DNA from: Candidatus Multivorans sp.
GTDB lineage: Bacteria > Acidobacteriota > Thermoanaerobaculia > Multivoradales > Multivoraceae
Assembly: GCA_965247095.1 (NCBI GenBank)
Contig: OZ251997.1
Coordinates: 4,192,001-4,256,000 of the forward strand
DNA: 64,000 nucleotides
Direction of reading: 5' to 3'
The number at the start of each line of letters is the position of its first letter. Positions within the stretch are counted from its first letter, which is position 1. The notes below the pieces were generated by a model. That model did no database searches, was not told the origin of the DNA, and saw only the letters and a program-made list of their open reading frames with translations. Below, one piece after another: positions 9,906 through 18,319 of the stretch. The position numbers were made by a program, and so were the translations under genes.

Positions 9906-11168
9906 ATGCGGCATCCTGCTCCGTCTGAGACAATCCGCCGCCACGTGCCCCGTCTCGCCTTCTTCATCGCTTTCGGAATCAGCGTTCTGGCCAGGGTCGC
10001 GGAAGGGGAGGTGAGGCTTCTCGACTCCCCAGCCGCTGAGGGCAGTCGTAGCTACTCCCTGGCTGCCGTGGCGGACACCGTCTTCCTGAGCTGGGTCGAG
10101 CGCGTAGAAAACGGCGGCCACGCGCTGCGGTTTGCCGAGTTGGTTGGGGATGAATGGAGCGACGCGGCGACGATTGCGGCGGGCGAGGACTGGTTCGTGA
10201 ACTGGATCGACCATCCGGCCGTTGTGCCGTTGGGTGGCGACCGGCTGGCGGCCCACTGGCTGGTTCACGACGAGGACCGGCAGGGTGACTACGGCTACGG
10301 CATCCGGTTGGTGTACTCGGACGACCGGGGCGCGAGTTGGCGAGAGGTGTTCGAGGCGAGTGGCGAAGGTGTGGACGGCTACGCGGGCTTTGTGGCGTAC
10401 GCCGGAGTCGGGCACGGCTTCGAAGTGGCCTATCTGGCGTCAGTTGGCGACGACCTGGCGGCGAAGGGGACCACCGACACCCCGGACGGGCACGGCGAAG
10501 TGGAACCGCGCATGACGCTTCGTTCTGCGCGGTTTGACTTGGACGGCGCCTTGAAGAGCGACCGCGAAGTCGACGCCGACGTCTGCAGTTGCTGCACGAC
10601 GGCCATGGCGGCGACTCCGGGCAACGTCTTCCTGGCCTTCCGCGACCGCCGCGAGGGCGAGTTCAGGGACATCTCCTTTGCTCGCTTCGAAGACGGTCGA
10701 TGGACAGGTTCCGACCTGGTGCATCGGGACGGTTGGCACATTCGGGGTTGCCCCACGAACGGTCCGGCGCTCGCTTCCGACGAAAGGGGTTTGGCGGTTG
10801 CGTGGTTCACTGCTGCTGGGGGCGAGTCGAAAGTGCTCGCCTCCTTCTGGAGCCCGAAGCGGGAACGCTTCGACGCCCCGATTCGCATCGATGACGGTTC
10901 GCCGCGCGGCTGGGCCGGCATCGCGATGCTAGGAGACGGTAGTGCCGCGGTCAGTTGGGTCGAGCGGGTCGAAGGCGGCGCTGAACTGCGGGCCCGCAGG
11001 GTCAATCGGGACGGGGGTACGGGTGCCTCGGTCACCGTGGCGCCCGCGCCCGCCGGCCGAAGTGCCGTCGGCGTCCCCAAGATCGTTCGCAACGGCGACC
11101 GCCTGATCCTCGCCTGGCGCGACGGCGGTGTGCGCACTGCTCTGATATCCGCGTCGGATCTGGACTAG
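9906..11168 (+). CDS. Secreted BNR/sialidase-like beta-propeller protein
   Basis: Asp-box YSDDRGASW, WFVNWID, DVCSCCT and DGWHIRGCPTNGP motifs. Confidence 0.75.
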   Translation: MRHPAPSETIRRHVPRLAFFIAFGISVLARVAEGEVRLLDSPAAEGSRSYSLAAVADTVFLSWVERVENGGHALRFAELVGDEWSDAATIAAGEDWFVNWIDHPAVVPLGGDRLAAHWLVHDEDRQGDYGYGIRLVYSDDRGASWREVFEASGEGVDGYAGFVAYAGVGHGFEVAYLASVGDDLAAKGTTDTPDGHGEVEPRMTLRSARFDLDGALKSDREVDADVCSCCTTAMAATPGNVFLAFRDRREGEFRDISFARFEDGRWTGSDLVHRDGWHIRGCPTNGPALASDERGLAVAWFTAAGGESKVLASFWSPKRERFDAPIRIDDGSPRGWAGIAMLGDGSAAVSWVERVEGGAELRARRVNRDGGTGASVTVAPAPAGRSAVGVPKIVRNGDRLILAWRDGGVRTALISASDLD

Positions 11169-11182
11169 CCCGACACCGTCCA

Positions 11183-11358
11183 GCCGGTCCGGGGCCGAGG
11201 GGAGAGGGTCCCAGCGGACTCGGAGCGAGCGACGCCCGAGGACCGTTCATGAACCGGGACTTACCGGAGCGAGCGTAGTGGAGTGAGCGCCGAACGCCCC
11301 AGTTTCCTACCAAGCGCGAACGGCCGCTGGGACCCTCTCCCCTCGGCCCCGGACCGGC
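11183..11358. repeat. MITE-like palindromic element, copy 2 (perfect 35-bp terminal inverted repeats)
   Basis: gccggtccggggccgaggggagagggtcccagcgg ... ccgctgggaccctctcccctcggccccggaccggc; core ccggagcgagcgtagtggagtgagcgcc is the reverse complement of the copy 1 core. Confidence 0.82.
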
Positions 11359-11372
11359 GGGTGTTACCAGCG

Positions 11373-12737
11373 CTAGTCGCCGCCGGCGCCCGTCGCCGCC
11401 GCCGCCGTCTGCTCCTGGTACTCCTCTTCCGACAGAAACACGAAGTTCGTCCAGCCGATCGCCATGTCGTCGATGGTCCGGTTGCCCCAGCCGACCCAGG
11501 CCGTCGGGTCGGGGTTGTAGGGGTTGTTCTCCGAGTTGTCGTGGTACGAGGTCACGTGCAGCACCGTGCCGGTGGGAAGCACCGGCGGGTTCTTGTAGGG
11601 ATAGGCGATTTGCCAGTTGAAGTCGTAGGTTTGGATGCGCGTGAGCAGTTCGCGTCGGCCGTCGGTGTGGATCGCTTCGAGTTCCATCGCCTTGCCGCGG
11701 TAGTGCATGTGGGCCTGGAAGCTGATCAACTGGATCGGGCGGTCGAGCACGCGGTAGCCGTCGTGACGGACGTTGTCGGCGCCGGGCGGAATGGACAGTT
11801 CGTTGTTGCGCCAGCCGCGGTTGCTGGGCAGGCCGGCGAACAGGCGGGTGGAGACGATCCGGTGCTTGGGCGCCACGCCGCGCGGATAGAAGCCGAAGCC
11901 GATCCGTGTCCGGTCACGGATCTCTTCGCCGATCGAGTGGTAGTGGCCGCTGAAGCGGATGGTGGCGCCGGCCATCAGCAGCTTGCCGGTGTTCTCGGCG
12001 TAGACGTCGCCGGTGTTGCCGACCGCGTACTCGATCAGCAGCGAGCCGACCGGGTTCCCCTCCGCGTCGCGCCGGTTCGGATCGTCGTCGCGCTCGAAGA
12101 AGTCTTGACCCACGTAGTCCGCGTCGTCCTGCATCGCGTAGACCATCGTGTGATGGACGCTCCGCCGGCCATCCTTGCTCGGTTTGACTTCGATCCAGCG
12201 GATGTAGCGGTCTTCGGTGAGGCCTGAGTCGGCGAGGAAGTTGACGAACAGGTCGGGGCCCTCTGGCGGAACGACCATGTCCTCCTGCATTTCGACCACC
12301 AGGTCGGGCTCGCCGTACTCCCAGGCGTCGCCGTCGGGGAAGTCGATCGGCGGCGGCAGGTCGCCGGGGTTGCCGCGCGGTGCGCCCGCGTCGACCCAGG
12401 AGGCGACGAGGGCGATCTCCTCGTCGCTCAGGCTCGGGTCGGGGTCGTACTCGCCGATCGTGCGGTCGATGTGCCAGGGCGGCATCTCCCGGCTGGCCAC
12501 CCGCCGCTTGATCGAGCGTGCCCAGGGCCGGGTCTGCTCCCAGGTGAGCAGCGACATCGGCGAGGCGGTCCCCGGCCGGTGGCAGCGCTGGCAGGAGCGC
12601 TGGAGGATGGGCGCGATGTCGCGACTGAAGGTGACCGTGCCGTCGTCGGCCGCCGCGGCCGGCGAGGCCGCCGGCGCCGCAAGGAAGGCGAATAGCAGGA
12701 TCGGCGCCGGAGTCATCGCGTGGAGAGTGCGGTTCAT
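11373..12737 (-). CDS. Secreted c-type cytochrome fused to a copper type II ascorbate-dependent monooxygenase-like domain
   Basis: CQRCH heme motif, REMPPW, VHHT, GHYH, AHMHYRG, YDFNWQ and DDM motifs. Confidence 0.72.
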   Translation of the reverse strand: MNRTLHAMTPAPILLFAFLAAPAASPAAAADDGTVTFSRDIAPILQRSCQRCHRPGTASPMSLLTWEQTRPWARSIKRRVASREMPPWHIDRTIGEYDPDPSLSDEEIALVASWVDAGAPRGNPGDLPPPIDFPDGDAWEYGEPDLVVEMQEDMVVPPEGPDLFVNFLADSGLTEDRYIRWIEVKPSKDGRRSVHHTMVYAMQDDADYVGQDFFERDDDPNRRDAEGNPVGSLLIEYAVGNTGDVYAENTGKLLMAGATIRFSGHYHSIGEEIRDRTRIGFGFYPRGVAPKHRIVSTRLFAGLPSNRGWRNNELSIPPGADNVRHDGYRVLDRPIQLISFQAHMHYRGKAMELEAIHTDGRRELLTRIQTYDFNWQIAYPYKNPPVLPTGTVLHVTSYHDNSENNPYNPDPTAWVGWGNRTIDDMAIGWTNFVFLSEEEYQEQTAAAATGAGGD

Positions 12738-12762
12738 GGTTCGCTCCCAGTCGTGGCCGGTT

Positions 12763-12837
12763 CGGGTGCCATCCGTGCGCCCGATGACGGGCGCACGGAC
12801 TGGTTCACGGGTGGCGCGGATCGCGCCTCCCGGGTTC
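12763..12837 (-). repeat. Double-hairpin repeat, family 2, copy a
   Basis: Reverse complement of gaacccgggaggcgcgatccgcgccacccgtgaaccagtccgtgcgcccgtcatcgggcgcacggatggcacccg; homologues at 34889 and about 36878. Confidence 0.85.
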
Positions 12838-13323
12838 GACGCAGACCCCGCGCGCGGCGGTGGCCGTGTCGATCTGCTTCGCGCGGTGGTAGGCCATGGA
12901 GATGTTCTCGATCAGGTAGAGGGGATCGATGCCGCCGCGTTCGGTGGTGGTCTGCGTGCTCTCCGCCCAGGTCAGCGTCCAGCCCAGGTTGCCCTCGTAG
13001 TCGTCCGGCAGGACGATGAGGCAGACGTTGCGCTGCCGTCCCGGTTCGAAGACGGTCGCCTGTCCGCGGTCGGCGGGACCGGGGTCGAATCCGTTCGCTT
13101 CGCCTGCCGGAATCTCGACCGCGACCGAGTTGTGGTTGTAGTAGCCGAAGACGAGGACCGCCGTGCCGTCGTCGTTCAGGACGTATCCCTCGTAGACCGG
13201 GTAGATCGGCCGGTTGGGCTGGGCCGCGGCCGGCGTCGCCGCCACGAGCAGGGCCCCGGCGACCAGGGCCCCAGCGAGCAGGGCGAAGGCCGGGGCCGCG
13301 CGGATCGGGGATGGCTTCGTCAT
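12805..13323 (-). CDS. Hypothetical secreted protein
   Basis: Signal peptide, PIYPVYEGY..NDDGT..LVFGYYNHN; the stop codon is supplied by the family 2 repeat. Confidence 0.7.
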   Translation of the reverse strand: MTKPSPIRAAPAFALLAGALVAGALLVAATPAAAQPNRPIYPVYEGYVLNDDGTAVLVFGYYNHNSVAVEIPAGEANGFDPGPADRGQATVFEPGRQRNVCLIVLPDDYEGNLGWTLTWAESTQTTTERGGIDPLYLIENISMAYHRAKQIDTATAARGVCVEPGRRDPRHP

Positions 13324-13342
13324 GGCACGAGCGGAGTCCGGA

Positions 13343-14908
13343 TCAGGGATAGGTGTAGGTCGACTGGAGGCCCAGCGGCAGGCCGACCAGCCAGTAGCCG
13401 ACCAGGAAGATCGTCCAGGTGATGAGCAGGGTGACCGCGTACGGGATCATCAACGACAGCACGGTGCCGATGCCCGCCTTCTTCACGTAGCGCTGGCAGA
13501 ACACGACGACCAGCGGGAAGTAGGGCATCAGCGGCGTCGTGATGTTCGTCACGCTGTCGCCGACGCGATAGGCGGCCTGGGTGAGTTCGGGCGAGATGCC
13601 CAGGCTCATCAGCATCGGCACGAAGATCACCGAGAGCACGGCCCACTTGGCTGAAGCCGAGCCCACGAACAGGTTGACGACAGCGGACAGCAGGATGATG
13701 CCGACCACAGTCGCCTGCGGGGGCAGGCCCAGGTCGCGCAGGAAGCTGGCGCCCTCGAGCGCGATGAGGAGGCCGACGTTCGAGGTGCTGAATGCGGCGA
13801 TGAACTGGGCGGCGAAGAAGGCCATGACCAGGTAGTACGCCATCGTGCCCATCGCGTCGCTCATGCCGGCGACGATGTCCCGGTGGCTCTTCACCGTGCC
13901 GGCGACGTAGCCGTGGACGACGCCGGGAATCAGGAAGAAGACGAAGATCAGCGGCACCATCATCTGCATCAGGGGCGCCGTGAACGCAGTCAGCTCGCCG
14001 CCCGGGCTGCGCAGGGGCGACGTAACGGGCCACGCCCAGACCAGGAGGACGACCAGACCGAGCACCAGGGCGCCCATGGCGGCGAGGAAGCCGAGGCGGT
14101 CCTTCCGGCTCAGCTCCTCCATCTTCGGCATCTGTTCCGGATCGCCGTCGACCTTGGTGCCGCGGAGCCGAGGCTCGATCACGCGGTCCGTCAGGTACCA
14201 GCCGACGGCGATCACGAGGACCGAGGAGAAGCTGGTGAACAGCCAGTTGCAGAGCGGGTTGACCAGCCGATCGGCGTCGAAGATCTGGGCCGCGGACTGG
14301 GTGAAGCCCTGCAGCAGCGGATCGATGCCGGAGGGGATGAAGTTGGCGGAGAACCCGCCCGAGACGCCGGCGAAAGCGGCTGATATGCCGGCCAGGGGAT
14401 GCCTGCCGGCGGCGTAGAAGATCACGCCGCCGAGCGGGATGACGAGGACATAGCCGGCATCCGCCGCGGTGTGGCTGACGATCGCCGCCAGGATCAGCAT
14501 TGGCGTCAGCAGGCTGCGCGGCGTGAAGCCCAGGATCAGCCGCAGACCGGTGCTGATGAAGCCGGTCTTCTCGGCCACGCCGACACCCAGGAGCGCGACC
14601 AGCACGACCCCCAGGGGCGCGAAGCTGGTGAAGGTCGTCACCAATCGCGCCATGAAGGTCGCCAGCGCCTCGCCGGTGAGCTGGTTCTGGATCCGGATCG
14701 CCTCGCCGGTGTTCGGGTCGATCTCCGTGAACTGGATCGGCGCCATGATCGCCGAGGCGATCCAGGTCACGAACAGGAGCAGCAGGAACAGAATCGCCGG
14801 GTCCGGCAACTTGTTGCCGACGACCTCAATGGCCGTGAGAACCCTGTCGAGAACGCTCTTGCGTCCGCCGTTGCCGGCCTTCTTGCCCCCGTCGTCTGCC
14901 TTCGCCAT
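13343..14908 (-). CDS. abgT: AbgT family transporter
   Basis: IEVVGNKLPDP, GRHPLAG, GVSGGFSAN, GSASAKW and AYRVGDSVTNITTPLMPY motifs. Confidence 0.93.
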   Translation of the reverse strand: MAKADDGGKKAGNGGRKSVLDRVLTAIEVVGNKLPDPAILFLLLLFVTWIASAIMAPIQFTEIDPNTGEAIRIQNQLTGEALATFMARLVTTFTSFAPLGVVLVALLGVGVAEKTGFISTGLRLILGFTPRSLLTPMLILAAIVSHTAADAGYVLVIPLGGVIFYAAGRHPLAGISAAFAGVSGGFSANFIPSGIDPLLQGFTQSAAQIFDADRLVNPLCNWLFTSFSSVLVIAVGWYLTDRVIEPRLRGTKVDGDPEQMPKMEELSRKDRLGFLAAMGALVLGLVVLLVWAWPVTSPLRSPGGELTAFTAPLMQMMVPLIFVFFLIPGVVHGYVAGTVKSHRDIVAGMSDAMGTMAYYLVMAFFAAQFIAAFSTSNVGLLIALEGASFLRDLGLPPQATVVGIILLSAVVNLFVGSASAKWAVLSVIFVPMLMSLGISPELTQAAYRVGDSVTNITTPLMPYFPLVVVFCQRYVKKAGIGTVLSLMIPYAVTLLITWTIFLVGYWLVGLPLGLQSTYTYP

Positions 14909-14982
14909 CAGCGGGCTCCTCCCTGGTCCTCGATTGTGGGCGGAAGGATCATCTTAGCGCCCGCAGGGTCATGCCTATCGGC

Positions 14983-16005
14983 TCAACCCACGATCCGCGC
15001 CACCCGCTCCACGAACCAGAACGCCGCGATCGTCCCTGTGGCGTAGATCGGCACCCGCTTGATCATCTCCGGCACCACGACGCCGGTCCGGCCCAGCGCG
15101 GCCACAACCGCCAGCACCACGACCACGACCATCAGTTGCCCCACCTCGACGCCCACGTTGAACAGGAACAGGGCCAGGGCGATCGCCCGCTGCGGCAGGC
15201 CGATCTCGGCCAGGGCGCCGGCGAAGCCGAAGCCGTGCAGCAGGCCGAAGGCGAAGGCGATCAGCCAGGGTCGTGTGCTCGTGATCTTCGATCTGCTTTC
15301 CTCGGGCCGCAGCAGCTCGACCGCCAGGAACAGGATCGACAGCGCGATCACCGCCTCGACCGGGGCCGACGACAACCGCACCACGCCCAGAGAGGACAGG
15401 GCCAGGGTGATGCTGTGGGCGACCGTGAACGAGCTGATCACGCCGACCAGCCGCCAGGGACTGCGAACGTAGAAGAGCAGGCCGATGACGAACAGGATGT
15501 GGTCGAAGCCGAACAGCAGATGCTCGACGCCGAGCCGGAAGTAGGGCGCGGCGTTGCCCGCCGCCTCGCGGTCGACGGTGTAGGAGGGCGCGTCCGGGCG
15601 GAGCAGTTGGGTCAGGCTGTCGCCGTCAACGAAGCTGATGCGGAGCAGGACGTCGGTCAGGGTTCGTTCGAGCCCCTGGATGGCGAAGGTGTCGCCGTGG
15701 AACGTGCGCTCCGGGTCGGCGTCCGGGGCCTCGCATTCGACGGTCCAGCGTTCGACCAGGGCGCCGGCGAGGTTCTCGGGCGCCTGCCGTGCCGTTTCGG
15801 TGCAGTGGTCCGGGAGGATCGGGTCGAGCAGCAGCAGGAGCGCTCCGCGGCGCGGCTGCTTCCAGACGACCTCGAAGCGGCCGGTCTCGACCTCGATCAG
15901 CTCCAGGTAGCCGGGACGAACCTCGTGGCCGCCGGCGGGGGCAGCGGCGAAGAGCCCGACCAGGATGGCCGCGGCCAGCAGCCCGTGCAGGCAGCGCCGG
16001 CTCAG
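14983..16005 (-). CDS. HupE/UreJ family membrane protein
   Basis: HEVRPGYL, LGVEHLLFGFDHILF, FTVAHSITL, FGLLHGFGFA and FNVGVEVGQ motifs; inferred CTG start at 16005 overlapping the upstream TGA. Confidence 0.85.
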   Translation of the reverse strand: MSRRCLHGLLAAAILVGLFAAAPAGGHEVRPGYLELIEVETGRFEVVWKQPRRGALLLLLDPILPDHCTETARQAPENLAGALVERWTVECEAPDADPERTFHGDTFAIQGLERTLTDVLLRISFVDGDSLTQLLRPDAPSYTVDREAAGNAAPYFRLGVEHLLFGFDHILFVIGLLFYVRSPWRLVGVISSFTVAHSITLALSSLGVVRLSSAPVEAVIALSILFLAVELLRPEESRSKITSTRPWLIAFAFGLLHGFGFAGALAEIGLPQRAIALALFLFNVGVEVGQLMVVVVVLAVVAALGRTGVVVPEMIKRVPIYATGTIAAFWFVERVARIVG

Positions 16006-16937
16006 GGCGCGTCTCCGCCGGCCTCGCCGCCGGCCGCGCCTTCGTCGCCGCCCTCGAGCTCGGAGGCGAAGTCGATCTCTTCGATCTCGATCCTGTAGCG
16101 GTTGCGAAGGTTCTCGTGGGCTTCGCGGTTCGCCGCGTCGCGGGCGTCGCGCTGGGCGTCCTCGAGCACCCGCCGGCGCACGTCCTCGAACACGGCCGGC
16201 TTCGCCTCGGTACGCAGCGAGAGGCGGACGACGTGGTACCCGTAAGCCGACTCCACCGGCCCGGCCCACTCGCCCACCGGCAGGTCTGCGAGCGCGTCGA
16301 CGAAGGCGCCGCCGAAAAGCTCCGCGAGGTCGGCGGCGGTGCGCCGCCCGTACTCGCGGCGCAGCATGAAGGGATCGCCCAGGCGCCGCCAAAGCGTGTT
16401 CTCGGGTTCGGCGCCCCCACCCTCTTCCCTGAGCTGCGCGAGAATGTCGCCGGCTACCCGTGCCGCCTCCTCGTCGCTGCCGCGGCGGTCGGGGCTGACG
16501 TAGACGTGGCGGAGGGTGAACCGCCGCGCCGCGCCGTAGCGCTCCGCGTTCTCCTCGAAGAAGGCGGCGAGCTCGGCCTCGGATACCTGGTCGACCACGA
16601 CCGTGTCCTCAATCAGGAAGGACATCTTCTGGGCGAGGCGCCGGCGTACAATCGTGTCGTCGCTGTCGAGACCCATCCGCATCGCTTCACGGACCAGGAC
16701 CTCCTCCCGGATGTGGTCTTCGACCAGGGAGTCCAGCTCGGCGGCGGTCGGCAGACGCCCGATCTGGGCGCTCCAGAGGGTCGCCAGCCGGACCACCTGG
16801 TTCCGGGTGACGAGGATGCCGCGGCTCTCCGGGTCGAAGACGCCGCCGGCCATGCGGTCGAGGGCGAACACCCCGGCGCCGATGACCAGGAAGACCAGCA
16901 GGGGGTCGCGAAGGAAACGGCGAACAGAGTCACGCAT
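16002..16937 (-). CDS. Peptidyl-prolyl cis-trans isomerase (PpiC/rotamase-2 type)
   Basis: RDPLLVFL, IREEVLVREA..GLD..DTIVRRRLAQK and W.GPVESAYGYH motifs. Confidence 0.85.
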   Translation of the reverse strand: MRDSVRRFLRDPLLVFLVIGAGVFALDRMAGGVFDPESRGILVTRNQVVRLATLWSAQIGRLPTAAELDSLVEDHIREEVLVREAMRMGLDSDDTIVRRRLAQKMSFLIEDTVVVDQVSEAELAAFFEENAERYGAARRFTLRHVYVSPDRRGSDEEAARVAGDILAQLREEGGGAEPENTLWRRLGDPFMLRREYGRRTAADLAELFGGAFVDALADLPVGEWAGPVESAYGYHVVRLSLRTEAKPAVFEDVRRRVLEDAQRDARDAANREAHENLRNRYRIEIEEIDFASELEGGDEGAAGGEAGGDAP

Positions 16938-16996
16938 GACGAGGGATACTACGCTTTCGGGGCGAAGTGCAGTAGTACGGCGTCCGTCGCTCCGGG

Positions 16997-17030
16997 CCTG
17001 GGAACGCGGGCGTCTCGCCCGCATCCGGCG
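16997..17030 (+). repeat. REP-like palindrome, family 1
   Basis: cctgggaacgcgggcgtctcgcccgcatccggcg. Confidence 0.88.
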
Positions 17031-17112
17031 CAGAGCGCCGGCTCCGGTGGCGATAGCCTCCGCTGAACCCGAGGTCTGCGGGTCAACGTCCATGGAGAAC
17101 GGAGGGGTCGTG

Positions 17113-18168
17113 ATGACGAACGGAGAACGGCGACGCGTGGCGCCGATGGTGCGGACAGGTTGCTTGGCCGGCGCCGTGCTCTGGGCCGTCTCTGTCCCGG
17201 CGGTTGGCCAGCCCGAGGCGGGCCCCGCCGGCGAACGCGAGAAGGTCCTGTTCGACTGCGACATCGGTTCGGACATCGACGACGCCTACGCCATGGCGCT
17301 GCTCCTGGCGAGCCCGGAGATCGAGCTCGTCGGCATCACGGTCGGGCACGCGCGCACGCTGGACCGGGCGCTGCTGGCGCTGCGCATGCTCTACGAGACG
17401 GGGCTTGACCACATCCCGGTCTACGTCGGCCGGGAGACGGCGCTTGTCACCCAGCGAGCCGGCAAGCCCCACGACCAGTTCGAGCACGCGCCGTACAACC
17501 GGCAGTTCCACTGGGGGCGCGGCTTCGAAGAACTCGAGCCCGAGTCGCAGCCGGCGGCCGAGTTCATCGTCGAGACGCTGAGCGCCGCACCGGGCGAGAT
17601 CACGCTGCTCACTGTCGGCCCGGTAACGAACATCGGCGACGCCCTGCTGCTCGACCCGGATGTCCTCAAGCACGCGAAGCGGGTCGTCTCGATGTACGGC
17701 TCGATCCGGTCCGGCTACGACGGCGGCGAAGCGCAGCGGGAGTGGAACGTCCTCGCCGATGCGGCGTCCTCGATGCGGTTCGACCAGGCGGTCCAGCGCG
17801 GCGGCACCGACGTCGTCTACATACCGCTCGACGTCACCGACCACGTCCGCCTCGACGCGGAGCGGCGCCTCCACCTCTCCATGCGCGGGACCCCGCTCAC
17901 CGACGCGGTCACGTCCCTCTACTCCCTGTGGCGAGACGAAGAAAAGGGCCAGACCACTCCGCGCCTGTTCGACGCCGTCGCCGTCGGTTTCCTCCTGTGG
18001 CCCGACCTGTTCGGCCTCGAACGCGGCCGCGTCACCGTCGACGAACGGAGCATGACCCTCTTCGACCCCGGCGCCGAACCGACCTCGACCGTCGCCCTCA
18101 CGATCGACGACGCCGCCTTCATCGAACGCATGGTCGCCCGCTACCTGGAGCAGAACCTCAGTCGCTGA
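17113..18168 (+). CDS. Nucleoside hydrolase (IUNH family), secreted
   Basis: DCDIGSDIDD, GPVTNI, EWNV and LFDAVAV motifs; GGAGG RBS at 17101. Confidence 0.88.
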   Translation: MTNGERRRVAPMVRTGCLAGAVLWAVSVPAVGQPEAGPAGEREKVLFDCDIGSDIDDAYAMALLLASPEIELVGITVGHARTLDRALLALRMLYETGLDHIPVYVGRETALVTQRAGKPHDQFEHAPYNRQFHWGRGFEELEPESQPAAEFIVETLSAAPGEITLLTVGPVTNIGDALLLDPDVLKHAKRVVSMYGSIRSGYDGGEAQREWNVLADAASSMRFDQAVQRGGTDVVYIPLDVTDHVRLDAERRLHLSMRGTPLTDAVTSLYSLWRDEEKGQTTPRLFDAVAVGFLLWPDLFGLERGRVTVDERSMTLFDPGAEPTSTVALTIDDAAFIERMVARYLEQNLSR

Positions 18169-18181
18169 GTCCTGCAGCGAT

Positions 18182-18247
18182 GCCAGCAGGTCCCCCAACT
18201 GCTCCAGACTCGCCAAGTTGTGGACGGGCAGGAAGTCGTCGGTGTGG
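18182..18247 (-). repeat. Orphan duplicate of the coxE-like gene 3' end
   Basis: 61/66 identical to 22232-22297; encodes HTDDFLPVHNLASLEQLGDLL; all 5 differences are synonymous. Confidence 0.9.
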
Positions 18248-18319
18248 TAGCCTCTCGGTTTGGCTGTGAGCTTCGCGAGAACTTCTGAGACCGGCGCTGA
18301 ATTCCGCCAAAGACGACCG

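Noticed and set aside
14991-15006. cgatccgcgccacccg match to repeat family 2
   Set aside because: Only 16 bp, within ordinary coding sequence at the HupE C-terminus, with no second hairpin; probably chance
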